A DNA stretch of 64,000 nt from an uncultured bacterium (lineage in GTDB: Bacteria; Babelota; Babeliae; Babelales; Vermiphilaceae). Below the pieces are notes generated by a model that was not told where the DNA came from, did not search any database, and saw only the letters and a program-made list of their open reading frames with translations. The DNA is taken from the NCBI GenBank assembly GCA_963707655.1, contig OY970172.1, forward strand, positions 128,001-192,000, in the 5' to 3' direction. Within the stretch, counting starts at the first letter, position 1, and each line of letters opens with the position of its first letter. Of this stretch, positions 31,968 through 43,695 are shown piece after piece. The position numbers were made by a program, and so were the translations under genes.

Positions 31968-32598
31968 ATGGTTACAGGTATTATGGGGTAAAAAAATAGG
32001 AATGACTCAGGTTTTTTCTGAAAAAAAAGGTTGTTCCGGTTACCGCTATTGATGTTTCTAATTGGGTAGTAACTCAAATTAAAAACGAAGAGCGAGATGG
32101 CTATGATGCGGTTCAAGTTGGCTGTGTCAAGAGATCGTTATGCGAAGCAAGATTTTTCGATTGATTGGTTTAAAAAACCAAACAATTATTTTAACTTTAT
32201 TCGAGAAGTGAGAGTTAAGAAAGATCAGGAGCATCCGCAATTTGTTGTTGGACAACCAGTTGATTTTCATCATTTGTTAACAGCAGGTGATATGGTCGAT
32301 GTTATTGGGAGTAACAAAAGGGCGTGGCTTTGCAGGTGTTGTTAGACGACATGGTTTTACTGGGGGCGTGGCAAGCCATGGTTCTACCTTGGGTAAAAGT
32401 CCAGGCTCTATTGAGCTTTATGAGATCACAAGGTACGTGTTATTAAGGGTAAAAAGATTGCCAGGGCACATGGGTGCGGAAACAGCATGGTTGAAAAATC
32501 TTGAGGTTGTCAAAATTGATCCTGAAGAAAATCTTGTTTTGGTCAAAGGATCAGTTCCCGGCAAATCTGGTTCATTAGTTTTTATGCGAAGAGCGTAG
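31968..32598 (+). CDS. rplC: 50S ribosomal protein L3 (indels)
   Basis: KKIGMTQ (manual), [25 protein letters not shown]. Confidence 0.9.
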
Positions 32599-32606
32599 GT
32601 ACAATA

Positions 32607-33266
32607 ATGAGTAAACAAAAGATAGCAAAGACGCAAGCTAGAGTAGAATCAGATATTGTTCAAGTAGTATCATCACAAGAATTGAATCTTGATCATGTTG
32701 TAAACAGCGACTTCAAATGTCGGTTTTTCAACATGGATACGCGCATTAATGCAAAATTGGCGTCAAGGAACTGTTGGTTGCAAAGATCGCTCTGAAGTTG
32801 CTTTTTCCAATAAAAAGCCGTGGAAACAAAAAGGAACCGGTCGCGCTCGTGCAGGATCTGCTCGTTCTCCTGTTTGGCGTGGTGGTGGTGTGACCTTCGG
32901 CCCTCAACCGCGTGTAAGAACTTTGCAAGTTAATAAGCAAGTGAAAAAGAGTGTCTTGGCTGACATAGCTTCTCATTACGCGAATAACGGCAAAATAGTT
33001 TCGTTGAATTGGGCTTTGAGCGAACAGCGACCAAGGACAGCCGAAGCATTCAATGCGCTTAAGGAAGCCGGATTAAAAGAGTTAGAATAAATCTTTTTCT
33101 ACCATTGAGCGATGCTTTGAGCTTTGCATCATTTGCAAATATTCCTAATGTAAGAATATTATTCTTTGACCAGGCAAATGCATTTGATATAAGCAACTCG
33201 GATCGCTGGGTGTTTTTGAAAAAAGATTTTGATCACTTTAAAGAGATGGTTTCACAATGGATTTAA
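32607..33266 (+). CDS. rplD: 50S ribosomal protein L4 (indels)
   Basis: [28 protein letters not shown]. Confidence 0.9.
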
Positions 33267-33590
33267 GTATTTATCATATTATCTTGAAGCCGATCATCAA
33301 TTCGAACAAAGCTGTTAATTTGAACAGAATGTTGAATAAGTTGGTTTTGAGTGTACATCCAAAAGCAAATAAAGCGTTGGTTGCGGAAGCCTTGAAAAGA
33401 TTTTTAATGTGAAAGTTAAAAAAATCAATATTATTGTTCGCAAAGGCAAAAATCGCCAAGTTCAACGACGTACGGTACAGGAACGCTTACCAAAAAAGCT
33501 ATTATTACTTTAGCAGAAGGATATTCTCTCAATCTTCTAGATCAAGCAGGAACTCCGATGGCATCAGTAGAAGAGCGAAAAGAAGCATAA
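33257..33590 (+). CDS. rplW: 50S ribosomal protein L23 (indels; absent from the ORF track)
   Basis: Manual reading [14 protein letters not shown]...VHPKANK...FNVKVKKIN...KKAIITLAEG; lies between rplD and rplB. Confidence 0.8.
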
Positions 33591-33599
33591 GGGTATACA

Positions 33600-34420
33600 A
33601 TGGCTATAATTAGAAGAAAACCTCGAAATTCTTCTCTACGATTTCAAACCTTTCTTGATTCCAGTGATATTACTACGAATAATCCTGAAAAAAGTTTGGT
33701 TATAGGTTTGAAAAAGGGAGGAGGAAGAAATGCATACGGTCGCATAACAGTGCGTCATCAAGGTGGTGGAGCGGCTCGAAAGTACCGTATGATCGATTTC
33801 AAACGAACTCAAAAAGATGTTAAGGGACGTGTTGCTACGGTGGAATATGATCCAAACCGTAACGTACGTATTGGATTAGTTATTTATGAAAATGGGGCAA
33901 AGGCGTATATGCTTCATCCCGAAGGTGTAGTAGTTGGACACGCAGTGATTGCGAGCCAAGGTGCCGAAGCAAAAGTTGGCAATTGCCTACCATTGCGCAA
34001 TATCCCTGTTGGTTTTATGGTGCATAATATTGAAATCGCTCCTGGATCAGGCGGCAAGTTTGCTCGTAGTGCAGGAACATCATCTCAGTTTGTTGCTAAA
34101 ACAGAAGATGATTATGCAACATTAAGAATGCCATCAGGGGAAATTCGCATGGTTCTCTTGATTGTTGGGCAACTGTGGGTGTCTTAGGTAATGCTGATTA
34201 TCAAAATATTACCTGGGGTAAAGCGGGACGCACGAGATATCGTGGTATTAGGCCAACGGTGCGTGGTATGGCAATGAACCCTGTTGACCATCCACATGGT
34301 GGTGGTGAAGGTCGTTCTAAGTCTGGATCTCATCCGGTGAGTCCATGGGGTAAGGGATCTAAGGGTACTAGAACACGCGTACGTAAGAATCCTTTGATTC
34401 TCAAGCGACGTCGCCCATAG
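33600..34420 (+). CDS. rplB: 50S ribosomal protein L2 (indel near 34160)
   Basis: [34 protein letters not shown]. Confidence 0.95.
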
Positions 34421-34461
34421 TGGTTATAACATTAGTTTAAGAATATTTATTGAGGTTTATT

Positions 34462-34746
34462 ATGGCAAGATCTGCTGATAAAGGCCCATATGTGCATCCT
34501 TCGTTGCTGAAGAAAGTCAAAAAAGTTAAAGAATCTGGCAAGCGAGATGTTATTAAGACATGGTCGCGAGGAAGCATGGTAATACCAGAATTTGTTGGAT
34601 TAACCATTGCGGTTCATAACGGCAAAAAATTTGTCTCAGTCTTTATAACTGAGAATATGGTAGGTCATTATCTTGGCGAATTTTCACCAACTAGCACCTT
34701 TAAGCTTCATAGTGGTCAGCGTCAAGCTGGTGAAGCTGGAAAATGA
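34462..34746 (+). CDS. rpsS: 30S ribosomal protein S19
   Basis: [22 protein letters not shown]. Confidence 0.95.
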   Translation: MARSADKGPYVHPSLLKKVKKVKESGKRDVIKTWSRGSMVIPEFVGLTIAVHNGKKFVSVFITENMVGHYLGEFSPTSTFKLHSGQRQAGEAGK

Positions 34747-34836
34747 TTGATAAAACTCATAATTTCGGTGTACAGCCTGTTGTATATCTGATATTATGAA
34801 AAGAGCAAATTTAAGTAATTGATAAGGTTTTTTATA

Positions 34837-35178
34837 ATGCAAATTACCGCAAAAGCAAAATATATACGTCTCTCCCCTTACAAGATTCGCCCTTTGGCGG
34901 ATGTAGTTCGCGGCAAGACGTGCGCTTTATGCCTTAATTGGCTCGCTACTTGCGCAGTTAAAAGAGCAATTCCGCTTCAAAAATTGATTGAATCAGCAGT
35001 TGCCAATGCTAAGCACAATAACAATATTGAATTAAGTGCATTATTGGTTAAAGATATTCGTATTGATCAAGGTCCGATCATTCGCTATTTCAAGCCGGGC
35101 GCTATGGGGCGTGCGAATATTTACAGAAAACGTTTGAGTCATATGAGTGTTGTTTTAGAATCTCAGAAAGAGGTATAG
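34837..35178 (+). CDS. rplV: 50S ribosomal protein L22
   Basis: SPYKIR..ADVVRGK, SAVANA.HN, PGAMGRA, KRLSH. Confidence 0.93.
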   Translation: MQITAKAKYIRLSPYKIRPLADVVRGKTCALCLNWLATCAVKRAIPLQKLIESAVANAKHNNNIELSALLVKDIRIDQGPIIRYFKPGAMGRANIYRKRLSHMSVVLESQKEV

Positions 35179-35179
35179 C

Positions 35180-35812
35180 GTGGGACAAAAGGTTAATCCA
35201 ATAGGATTTCGTTTAGGTGTCTACCGTGATTGGGATGCTCGCTGGTTTGCCAGAAAGTCTTACGGACTAGAGCTTTTGGAAGATATTTCTATAAGAAATT
35301 ATTTGAATCGAGCTTTGGAAAATGCTGAAATAGCTCGTGTTGAAATTGAAAAATCTGTTGATAGTGTTCGCATCATTCTCCATTCTGGTCGCTCCGGTGT
35401 TGTGATTGGTAAAAGAGGCCAGGGAATTGAAGCTTTGAAAAATGATTTGGCTTCCTTGCTCAAGAAAAAGAATATAGAAATTTCGGTGCAAGAAGTTAAG
35501 AGCCCCGAGCTTAACGCTACCTTGGTAGCTAAAAACATTGCTGATCAATTGGTCAAGCGAGCAAGCTTTAAAAAAGTGATGAAAAGAGCAGCTCTTTCTG
35601 CTATTAAGAGTGGCGCAAAGGGTATAAAGATTTGCTGTGCCGGCCGTTTGAATGGCGCTGAGATAGCGCGAGAAGAGTGGACTCGCGTAGGATCTATTCC
35701 TTTGCATACATTACGATCAGATGTTGATTATGGGGTTGCAGAAGCTAAAACGACTTATGGTATTATTGGTATTAAGGTGTGGATCTGCAAAGGCGAATAT
35801 CAGCTTCCTTAG
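35180..35812 (+). CDS. rpsC: 30S ribosomal protein S3
   Basis: MGQKVNPIGFRLG, GRLNGAEIAR, PLHTLR. Confidence 0.96.
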   Translation: MGQKVNPIGFRLGVYRDWDARWFARKSYGLELLEDISIRNYLNRALENAEIARVEIEKSVDSVRIILHSGRSGVVIGKRGQGIEALKNDLASLLKKKNIEISVQEVKSPELNATLVAKNIADQLVKRASFKKVMKRAALSAIKSGAKGIKICCAGRLNGAEIAREEWTRVGSIPLHTLRSDVDYGVAEAKTTYGIIGIKVWICKGEYQLP

Positions 35813-35838
35813 TTTAAAGCAAAAGAAAGAATGTAATC

Positions 35839-36264
35839 ATGTTAATGCCCAAAAAAACTAAATTTAGAAAAGTACAAAAAGGTACTATGAGGGGCCGTTC
35901 CAAGGGTGCTCGCACGCTTGAGTTTGGTGAGTATGGATTGCAGGCAATTGAACCGGTAAGGTTAACTGCCCAGCAAATAGAAGCAATACGGGTAACAGTA
36001 ACAAGAAAATTGAAAAAAGTTGGTAAGTTTTTCTTACGTGTGTTTCCTGATAAACCAGTGACCAAAAAGCCTGCTGAAACTCGTATGGGTAAAGGTAAGG
36101 GGAATCCTGAGGTTTGGGTCTCTGTGGTAAAACGTGAAAGAATTATTTGCGAGCTTGCTGGCCTTACAGAAGTTGAAGCACGTGAAATTTTTAAAGCCGC
36201 TTCTTATAAATTACCAATGAAAACAAGATTTGTTAAAAAAGAAGCTGAGCTTGGTGCTCAATAA
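35839..36264 (+). CDS. rplP: 50S ribosomal protein L16
   Basis: [26 protein letters not shown]. Confidence 0.96.
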   Translation: MLMPKKTKFRKVQKGTMRGRSKGARTLEFGEYGLQAIEPVRLTAQQIEAIRVTVTRKLKKVGKFFLRVFPDKPVTKKPAETRMGKGKGNPEVWVSVVKRERIICELAGLTEVEAREIFKAASYKLPMKTRFVKKEAELGAQ

Positions 36265-36291
36265 AAAGGCTGTTGATCGAAAGAATGATTC

Positions 36292-36498
36292 ATGAAAACA
36301 AGTGATTTCAAAAAAGAGTTGAAACAGGTGTCTCGTCAGCAATTGGGAGAATATCTCGATGGGTTGCAGAGGGAGCTTTTCAAGTTGAAGCTTAATGTGT
36401 CAACAATGCATAGTAAAGATTATTCTCTTTTCAAAAAAATTAGAAAAAATATTGCGCGCGTTTTGACGAGTATGAACGCAAAACAAGAATCTAAATAA
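36292..36498 (+). CDS. rpmC: 50S ribosomal protein L29
   Basis: ELFKLK, RKNIARVLT; operon position. Confidence 0.88.
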   Translation: MKTSDFKKELKQVSRQQLGEYLDGLQRELFKLKLNVSTMHSKDYSLFKKIRKNIARVLTSMNAKQESK

Positions 36499-36528
36499 GA
36501 TTTTGGCTTAAATGAATGAAAGTGACCG

Positions 36529-36801
36529 ATGGCAACGAATGAACAAAAAACAAGACGTACATGGACGGGTGTAGTAACTTCAGATAAAATGGACAAAACA
36601 GTAGTTGTCCAGGTTACTAGATCGTTCAAACACTCCGAGTTTCACAAATTTTTAAAAAGTACGAATAAGTTTAAGATACATGACGAAAACAATGAGGCAA
36701 AAGAGGGCGATGTTGTTGAGTTCTACGAAGGTCGTCCGATGTCAAAAACTAAGTATATGTATCTTGCCCGCGTGATCAAAAATCATTCAGCCAAACAATA
36801 A
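36529..36801 (+). CDS. rpsQ: 30S ribosomal protein S17
   Basis: GVVTSDKMDKTVVV, HDENN, RPMSKTK. Confidence 0.95.
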   Translation: MATNEQKTRRTWTGVVTSDKMDKTVVVQVTRSFKHSEFHKFLKSTNKFKIHDENNEAKEGDVVEFYEGRPMSKTKYMYLARVIKNHSAKQ

Positions 36802-36819
36802 GGCACTTTCGAGGTAAAT

Positions 36820-37188
36820 ATGGCTATTCAAAAACAATCTTATTTAGAAGTTGCAGATAATTCTGGCGCCAAAGAAGTACAATGCATTCATATCGAGGGA
36901 AGTACTCGTAAGCGTTATGCTCGTATTGGCGACACTATCGTTTGCGCAGTGAAAAAGGCTATTCCGGGAGGGATAGTTAAAAAGGGTCAAGTAGTTAAAG
37001 CAGTAATCGTGCGCACCGTTAAAGAATTTCGACGCGAAGATGGCAGTTATATCCGTTTCGGAGATAATGCCGCCGTTATCATCAAAGATGGTGAACCAGT
37101 TGCTACACGTATTTTTGGTCCTGTTGCCCGTGAATTGAGAGCAAGAGGATATGGTAAAATTATATCTTTAGCTCCAGAAACTTTATAA
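36820..37188 (+). CDS. rplN: 50S ribosomal protein L14
   Basis: [27 protein letters not shown]. Confidence 0.96.
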   Translation: MAIQKQSYLEVADNSGAKEVQCIHIEGSTRKRYARIGDTIVCAVKKAIPGGIVKKGQVVKAVIVRTVKEFRREDGSYIRFGDNAAVIIKDGEPVATRIFGPVARELRARGYGKIISLAPETL

Positions 37189-37203
37189 AGAGGATCTTAT
37201 ATC

Positions 37204-37512
37204 ATGGTAGCAAGAGTGAAAAAAAATGACACCGTTATGATTATTTCGGGAAAAGATAAAGGTAAAAAGGGACTGGTTCTTGAGATAGTTCCTGAGAAAA
37301 ATTTGGTGAGAGTGAAAGATGTTGCGGTAGTCACACGTCACGTTAAAGCGCGTCGCCAGGGAGAAGTTTCTGGTGTTAAAAAAGAAGAAGGTTTTATTTC
37401 TTTGAGTAAAGTTATGCCGATATGTGATGGGCTGCCTACACGAGTCAACAGTAAGGTCCTGGAGGACGGAAAAAAAGTGCGTATTAGCAACAAAAGCAAG
37501 GCGCAGTTCTAA
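37204..37512 (+). CDS. rplX: 50S ribosomal protein L24
   Basis: KOW motif ISGKDKGKKG. Confidence 0.93.
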   Translation: MVARVKKNDTVMIISGKDKGKKGLVLEIVPEKNLVRVKDVAVVTRHVKARRQGEVSGVKKEEGFISLSKVMPICDGLPTRVNSKVLEDGKKVRISNKSKAQF

Positions 37513-37534
37513 TATTGCTTAAATGAGGATATCA

Positions 37535-38077
37535 ATGGAAAAAGCACGACTTCGCGAATTGTATATTCAAGAGATTCGTCCCCAGTTACAAAAAACGCTG
37601 GCTTTAAAAAATATAATGGAAGTTCCTAAAATAGAAAAAATAGTCCTTAACGTTGGCGTTAAAGAGGCTATTGCTGACAGTAAAGCTATACAAGGTGTTA
37701 TTGACGCTTTGGGTAAAATTACTGGTCAAGCTCCAGTTAAAAGATTGGCGCGTAAATCTATTGCTGGTTTCAAATTGCGTGAAGGAATGGCCATTGGTGC
37801 AATGGTTACTCTGAGAGGCGAGAAAATGTACAACATGCTCGATAGATTGATTAATTTGTCGTTGCCAAAGGTGCGTGATTTCCAGGGGGTAAAAACCACT
37901 TTTGATCGCCAAGGTAATTATAACTTGGGAATCAAGGATTGGACCATATTTCCTGAAATGAGTTTTGAGGCGGGAGAAAAGACTCACGGATTGAACATCA
38001 CGATTCAAACTACCGCTGAAAATGATGCTCATGGATTTGAATTATTAAAAAGTTTTGGAATGCCATTCCGTAAATAA
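37535..38077 (+). CDS. rplE: 50S ribosomal protein L5
   Basis: [35 protein letters not shown]. Confidence 0.96.
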   Translation: MEKARLRELYIQEIRPQLQKTLALKNIMEVPKIEKIVLNVGVKEAIADSKAIQGVIDALGKITGQAPVKRLARKSIAGFKLREGMAIGAMVTLRGEKMYNMLDRLINLSLPKVRDFQGVKTTFDRQGNYNLGIKDWTIFPEMSFEAGEKTHGLNITIQTTAENDAHGFELLKSFGMPFRK

Positions 38078-38099
38078 GGCAATTTTTGAGGTAAAAGAT

Positions 38100-38285
38100 A
38101 TGGCCAGAAAGGCGTTAATAGAAAAATCTAAAAAGACTCCGAAATTTGCAGTAAGAGTGCGCAATCGCTGTAAGTTGTGCGGAAGGCCGCGTGCTTACAT
38201 GAGACTTTTTATGATGTGTCGTATGTGTTTTAGAAAAAATGCTTTGGCGGGATTACTTCCGGGCGTTAAGAAAACTAGTTGGTAA
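38100..38285 (+). CDS. rpsN: 30S ribosomal protein S14, zinc-binding (type Z)
   Basis: RCKLCGRPR...CRMCFR...LPGVKKTSW. Confidence 0.95.
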   Translation: MARKALIEKSKKTPKFAVRVRNRCKLCGRPRAYMRLFMMCRMCFRKNALAGLLPGVKKTSW

Positions 38286-38303
38286 TCTTGTGGAAGGACG
38301 ATA

Positions 38304-38702
38304 ATGTCAATTGATGCTATCGGTGATTTTTTAACTATCATTAGAAATGGATTGATGGCTTCTAAGCCGTCAGTAGTAGCTCCCTACTCTAAAATGCGCG
38401 CAGATATTGCTCGTATTTTACAAGAAGAAGGGTTTATACGTGATTTCGTGATAATCAATGAAGATTCATCAGCAAATAAATCACTTAAAGTTTTGTTAAA
38501 ATATGTTGATGGTGAATCAGTGATTCATGAAATTGTGCGTATAAGCAAGCCATCACGCCGCCGTTATACTGCAATCACTCAAGTAAAACCAGTGATTGGA
38601 GGATTAGGCATTTCAATTCTTACCACAAATCGTGGCATTGTTTCCAATAAACAAGCAAAAGAGTTGAAAGTTGGGGGCGAAGTACTTTGTACCGTTTGGT
38701 AA
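38304..38702 (+). CDS. rpsH: 30S ribosomal protein S8
   Basis: DFLTIIRNG, ISKPSRR, GLGISIL, GGEVLC.VW. Confidence 0.96.
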   Translation: MSIDAIGDFLTIIRNGLMASKPSVVAPYSKMRADIARILQEEGFIRDFVIINEDSSANKSLKVLLKYVDGESVIHEIVRISKPSRRRYTAITQVKPVIGGLGISILTTNRGIVSNKQAKELKVGGEVLCTVW

Positions 38703-38711
38703 GGATATAGC

Positions 38712-39266
38712 ATGTCGAAGATTGGCAGAAAGCCGATAGATCTTAATGGTGTAACAGTTGATATTCAAAACAACGATATACACTATAAAGGTAAAAAAAA
38801 TTCAGGCACTTATCATTTGCCTGTTGTGTTAAAAGCAGATGTTGTTGATGGTAAATTACACTTGCAGGTTAATAAATCGGCGCCAGTGAAAGAACTAAAG
38901 ACGGCAAATCGTGTTTGGGGATTAAATCGAGCATTGTTGGCCAACACATTAAAAGGTGCTAACCAAGATTTCGAGAAGAAATTAGAAATTAATGGATTGG
39001 GATTCAAAGCCGCGCTTTCAGGAAGTAAGATAGTTTTTACTTTGGGGTTTAGCCACAAAATAGACTTTGAATTACCTAAAGAAGTAGTGTTTGAGGTTGA
39101 TAAGACCGGACAAAAATTGCTTTTTAAGTCTCCAAATAGAGAATTGCTTGGTCTTGTATGTAGCAAAATACGAGCATTAAGACCACCAGAACCATACAAA
39201 GGCACTGGTATTAAGTACAGCAATGAAGTTATTGTTCGTAAAGCTGGTAAAACAAAAGCTGCATAA
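38712..39266 (+). CDS. rplF: 50S ribosomal protein L6
   Basis: MSKIGRKP, LGFSH, RPPEPYKGTGI. Confidence 0.96.
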   Translation: MSKIGRKPIDLNGVTVDIQNNDIHYKGKKNSGTYHLPVVLKADVVDGKLHLQVNKSAPVKELKTANRVWGLNRALLANTLKGANQDFEKKLEINGLGFKAALSGSKIVFTLGFSHKIDFELPKEVVFEVDKTGQKLLFKSPNRELLGLVCSKIRALRPPEPYKGTGIKYSNEVIVRKAGKTKAA

Positions 39267-39281
39267 TAGATGGAGTAGACT

Positions 39282-39635
39282 GTGATTAACAAGAAAACTA
39301 CAATAAGAGCTCAAAGAAGAGCTTTGCGGGTAAGAAGACGTATCAAAGAAGAAAGTACGCATCACCGCGTGTCCGTTTTTAGGAGTTCGAGTCATATTTA
39401 TGCGCAGATTATCGATGATGCTGCACATAAAACATTGGTAAGTTGTTCAACGCTGGAACTTAAAGATCTTACCGGAAACAAGAAAGAAATTGCTCATGCC
39501 ATAGGTATTGAATTGGCAAAGCGAGCAAAACAAGCGGGTGTTACGGTAGCTGTATTTGATCGAGGCCAATTTCTGTATCACGGACGCGTAAAGTCCTTGG
39601 CAGAGGGCATTCGTGAAGGTGGATTACAAATTTAA
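39282..39635 (+). CDS. rplR: 50S ribosomal protein L18
   Basis: [27 protein letters not shown]. Confidence 0.95.
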   Translation: MINKKTTIRAQRRALRVRRRIKEESTHHRVSVFRSSSHIYAQIIDDAAHKTLVSCSTLELKDLTGNKKEIAHAIGIELAKRAKQAGVTVAVFDRGQFLYHGRVKSLAEGIREGGLQI

Positions 39636-39658
39636 TTAAGCATGCGTAGGAAATACTA

Positions 39659-40201
39659 ATGGCAGAACGCAGAGATGCTAAGGGCGCTAACAAAGATACT
39701 AAAGCAACAAATTTCGTAGATTATGTTGTTAACGTAAATCGCGTGACCAAAGTTACTAAAGGTGGTAAAAGGTTTTCTTTTTCAGCGCTTGTTGTGTGCG
39801 GGGATCAAGAAGGAAAAGTGGGTATAGCTTTAGGTAAGAGCCGTGAAGTTTCATTGGCTATTGCTAAGGCAACCAATAAAGCACGTAAAAATATGATAAC
39901 TGTTCCTCTTAGAGGGAATTCCATTCCTTACGATGTGACCGGTTCTCATGGAGCAAGCAGGGTGGTTATTCGTACAGCTTCAAAAGGTACCGGCGTTATT
40001 GCGGGTGGTGCTATGCGTTCTGTTATGGAAGCGCTTGGAGTTAAGGATGTTCTTGCAAAGTCACTAGGTGCTTCTAATAGACAAAATGTCGTTAAGGCAA
40101 CATTGAACGCATTTGCAAAATTACGTTCAATTAGACATGTGGCGAAGCTAAGAGGTAAAACAATACAAGAATTGACAGGAAAAACGAATGCAGCTCAGTA
40201 A
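39659..40201 (+). CDS. rpsE: 30S ribosomal protein S5
   Basis: [28 protein letters not shown]. Confidence 0.96.
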   Translation: MAERRDAKGANKDTKATNFVDYVVNVNRVTKVTKGGKRFSFSALVVCGDQEGKVGIALGKSREVSLAIAKATNKARKNMITVPLRGNSIPYDVTGSHGASRVVIRTASKGTGVIAGGAMRSVMEALGVKDVLAKSLGASNRQNVVKATLNAFAKLRSIRHVAKLRGKTIQELTGKTNAAQ

Positions 40202-40637
40202 TTTATCTTCATCAGGTAAAAAAAGAAAAACTATTGGTCGTGGTGGCAGCAGGGGTGGAACTGCGGGCAAGGGACACAAAGGGCAAAAAGCTCGTTCAGG
40301 TGGATCACCGCGAGTTGCTTTTGAAGGGGGACAAACACCTCTTTTTCGTCGTCTTCCAAAACGAGGATTCAATAATTTTGAGTTCAGAAAAGTATATGAA
40401 ATTGTTAGCTTGCAACAATTAAACGATGCATTTAAAGATGGTGAAGAAGTAACTAAGCTGTCTTTACACGAAAAAGGTATTGTTAAGTTTAAGAAAGCGC
40501 AACCAGCATTCCTTAAGGTTTTGGGTAGCGGTTCTTTGAGCAAGAAGCTTATTGTGCACGCAGATGCATTTAGTAAATCTGCAGAAAAAGCGATTCAGGA
40601 ACGTGGTGGTGAGGCGCGATTAACAAAGGAGATCTGA
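40188..40637 (+). CDS. rplO: 50S ribosomal protein L15
   Basis: [29 protein letters not shown]. Confidence 0.96.
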   Translation: MQLSNLSSSGKKRKTIGRGGSRGGTAGKGHKGQKARSGGSPRVAFEGGQTPLFRRLPKRGFNNFEFRKVYEIVSLQQLNDAFKDGEEVTKLSLHEKGIVKFKKAQPAFLKVLGSGSLSKKLIVHADAFSKSAEKAIQERGGEARLTKEI

Positions 40638-40641
40638 AGCC

Positions 40642-41958
40642 GTGGTAATACTAAAAAATTTTATTAACATTTTTTATATTCCAGAATTGTTTAAAAAAGT
40701 AATATTTACTTTGGGAGTGCTTATTATTTATCGCTTGGGAACACATATTCCCGTTATTGGCGTTGATATTAATGCATTGCAAGAGATTATGCAGCAGTCT
40801 AAGGGATTGGGTGGCTTTTTTGGCTACCTTGATCTTTTTTCTGGTGGTACCTTGCGTCAATGTACTCTCTTTGCATTGGGTATGGGGCCCTATATTACTG
40901 CATCGATCATGATGCAGATATTAGGTTTTAGTATCCCCGCGCTTGAGCAGTTGCTCAAAGAGGGTGAGTACGGTCGAAAATTGATTAATCAATATACCAG
41001 GTACCTAGCGATATTGGTAAGCGTAGTGCAAAGTAGCGGTATTATTTTGCTTCTAAGACAAAATAACTTGGTTTTGGACTCTAGCTTTGGGTTCTACTTC
41101 ATGTTTATTTTTTCTCTTACTGTCGGTTCCATTTTTCTTATGTGGCTTGGTGAGCAGATCTCTCTTTTTGGTCTGGGCAATGGTAGTTCAATGATTATTT
41201 TTGCTGGTATTGTCTCCTCATTCCCTCAGGATGTTTCTAAGACGTTGTATAGCGTTTTTTCTCTTGAAAGTATGAGTGGCATAGTGGCGCTTTTCCTGTT
41301 GTTTTTCTTCATTGCTATAGCGGCATGTATTGTATTCCTTGAAAAAGGTGAGCGGAAAATTCCTGTGCAATATACTCGCCGTGTTGTAGGCAATAGAGTC
41401 TATGGCGGTCAAAGCACGTATATCCCATTTAAAATCAACACTCCGGGTGTTATGCCGGTGATCTTTACTGGTGCCGTTTTAAACATACCCATGTTTATTG
41501 CGAGCCTATTGGCCACACGCTTCTCAATATTTCAATCGTTAACCAATAGTCTTGAGAGGCTCGGCGCACTTCACAATGTGCTTGAATTTATTTTAATTAT
41601 AGCTTTTTCATATTTTTACACTGCTATTATCTATAATCCTGAAGAGCTGGCTGATAATATTAAGAAAAGTGGTGGCTTTATTCCGGGAATACGCCCAGGA
41701 AGAAAAACAGCTGATTTTTTTAACTATATTCTCACCAGAATAGGTTTAGTCGGTTCTATTTATTTGGCTTTTCTAGCCATAGCACCAAACATTTTGTACA
41801 AACTTGTCTATATGCCCTTCTTTTTAACAGGGACCGCGTTACTCATTGTTGTTGGTGTTGCGATGGATACCGCAGCTCAATTGGAAGCATATCTTATCGA
41901 GCATCGGTATGAAGGATTCTTGACCTACGGTCGGATGAAAATGAGGGGCGCGCGTTGA
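40642..41958 (+). CDS. secY: Preprotein translocase SecY
   Basis: ALGMGPYITASI, GNGSSMIIF, GGFIPGIRPG, GTALLIVVGV. Confidence 0.96.
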   Translation: MVILKNFINIFYIPELFKKVIFTLGVLIIYRLGTHIPVIGVDINALQEIMQQSKGLGGFFGYLDLFSGGTLRQCTLFALGMGPYITASIMMQILGFSIPALEQLLKEGEYGRKLINQYTRYLAILVSVVQSSGIILLLRQNNLVLDSSFGFYFMFIFSLTVGSIFLMWLGEQISLFGLGNGSSMIIFAGIVSSFPQDVSKTLYSVFSLESMSGIVALFLLFFFIAIAACIVFLEKGERKIPVQYTRRVVGNRVYGGQSTYIPFKINTPGVMPVIFTGAVLNIPMFIASLLATRFSIFQSLTNSLERLGALHNVLEFILIIAFSYFYTAIIYNPEELADNIKKSGGFIPGIRPGRKTADFFNYILTRIGLVGSIYLAFLAIAPNILYKLVYMPFFLTGTALLIVVGVAMDTAAQLEAYLIEHRYEGFLTYGRMKMRGAR

Positions 41959-42653
41959 ATAATAGTCGGCTCAAAGATATATACATTTTCATAGGTCCGC
42001 CAGGTTCGGGGAAAGGGACTTTGTCTAACCTTTGCGTTTCTCAGTTTGGTTGGGAGAAATTATCAACAGGCAATTTATGCCGCAAGCATATAATTGAACA
42101 AACTGAAATAGGAAAACAAATAGATTTTGCCTTAAAATCTGGTAAACTTGTTTCTGATAGTCTTATTATTTGTTTGGTCGAAGAATGGTTTGAGCACATA
42201 AGCACAAAAGCTGACGCGGTTATCTTAGATGGCTATCCGCGCACGGTTGCCCAGGCTCAGGCACTTGATGCATATATCAGCAAAAATTTACCATTAGTTA
42301 AAACAACTATTATGAGATTTTTTGTTGACGATGATGTGGTAGTTGCTCGGTTAGGGAGTCGATATACCTGTACGAATAAAGATTGTCAGGCGGTTTATTC
42401 TCTTGTCGAAGGGTCTGCTTTGGCACCAAAGCATGCTGGCGTTTGTGATTATTGTTCATCTCCTCTAGGTAAGAGATCTGATGATGAGAGCCGAGCTATA
42501 AGAGAACGATTGGTTGTGTATCATAAGCATGAGCAAGACCTCTTGTCGTTTTATGCTTCGCGAGAATATGGACTGATTGAGTTTAATGTCGACAAGAATT
42601 TAGACGCTGTTTTTAGTGATTTTAAGCAGTTGACGTGTTTGAATAGCATATGA
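41955..42653 (+). CDS. adk: Adenylate kinase
   Basis: GPPGSGKGT, LDGYPRT, Cys-containing LID, RSDD. Confidence 0.93.
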   Translation: MNNSRLKDIYIFIGPPGSGKGTLSNLCVSQFGWEKLSTGNLCRKHIIEQTEIGKQIDFALKSGKLVSDSLIICLVEEWFEHISTKADAVILDGYPRTVAQAQALDAYISKNLPLVKTTIMRFFVDDDVVVARLGSRYTCTNKDCQAVYSLVEGSALAPKHAGVCDYCSSPLGKRSDDESRAIRERLVVYHKHEQDLLSFYASREYGLIEFNVDKNLDAVFSDFKQLTCLNSI

Positions 42654-43411
42654 TTACGATTAAAAATAAGGCTGCCATTCGCAAGATGGAAGAAGCCGGT
42701 AGATTATTAATTGAAATTTTTGATCAAATTCCAGCACTATTAAAGCCGGGATTAAGCACACTTGAGCTCGATTTGTGGATTGAAGAGCAACAAAAGATGC
42801 GAAACCTCGTCTCGAAGTCAAAGGGTTATAGGGGTTATCGTCATGTGAGTTGCATATCGATCAATGATGAGGTTGTGCACGGTGTTCCGAGTGCGAAAAG
42901 AATCATGGTTGATGGTGATTTGGTAAAAGTTGATGTTTGTGCGTCTTGGAATGGTTATTGTGCCGATATGGCTCGTTCCTTTTTTATAGGAAGTCATTCT
43001 GTGCAGGCGCAAAAATTGGTTGAAGTTGCACAGCAGGCTTTGGACAAGGGCATTGAGAAAGCGCGTCCGGGAAATCGTTTAACCGATATCTCTGCGGCGA
43101 TTCAAAAAGAAGTTGAGCGCATGGGTTTGGCGTAGTTCGTGATTTTGCTGGCCATGGTATTGGCAAAAAAATGCATGAGGATCCGGAAATTTTAAATTAT
43201 GGAAAAGCCTGGACAAGGGCCATTGTTGCAACCGGGCATGACATTTGCCATTGAGCCGATGATTACCCTGGGCAAGTATGATGTATATGTTACCAATGAT
43301 GGATGGACGGTGAAAACTGTTGATAAAAGTTTGGCAGCACATGTAGAGGATACTATCGTGATAACTCAAGACAAGCCAAAAATTATAACCAGAAGCAATG
43401 ATAGGAATTGA
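42650..43411 (+). CDS. map: Methionine aminopeptidase type I (indels near 43120-43200)
   Basis: [36 protein letters not shown] (manual), AIEPM, AAHVEDT. Confidence 0.92.
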
Positions 43412-43427
43412 GCTGATATGAAGCAAG

Positions 43428-43655
43428 ATGCAAAAGCAAAAAGAAGAGGTTATAAGAGTAGATGGTGTGGTAAAAGAGACATTGCCTAATGCAATGTTTC
43501 GTGTTGAAATAGAAGGTGGGCATGAAGTGTTGGGGCATGTTTCAGGAAAAATGCGCATGCATTACATTAGAATTTTACCAGGAGATAGAGTTGCTTTAGA
43601 GTTATCTCCCTATGATTTGACGCGCGGAAGAATTGTATTGCGTTACAAAAATTAA
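43428..43655 (+). CDS. infA: Translation initiation factor IF-1
   Basis: [33 protein letters not shown]. Confidence 0.96.
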   Translation: MQKQKEEVIRVDGVVKETLPNAMFRVEIEGGHEVLGHVSGKMRMHYIRILPGDRVALELSPYDLTRGRIVLRYKN

Positions 43656-43695
43656 TAAGAATTAAAATACTTTTTTATATTTCGGGGAAACTTCC

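Noticed and set aside
34910..34940. Odd Cys-rich GKTCALCL in L22
   Set aside because: It may be a pair of compensating indels in an error-prone region; not interpretable.
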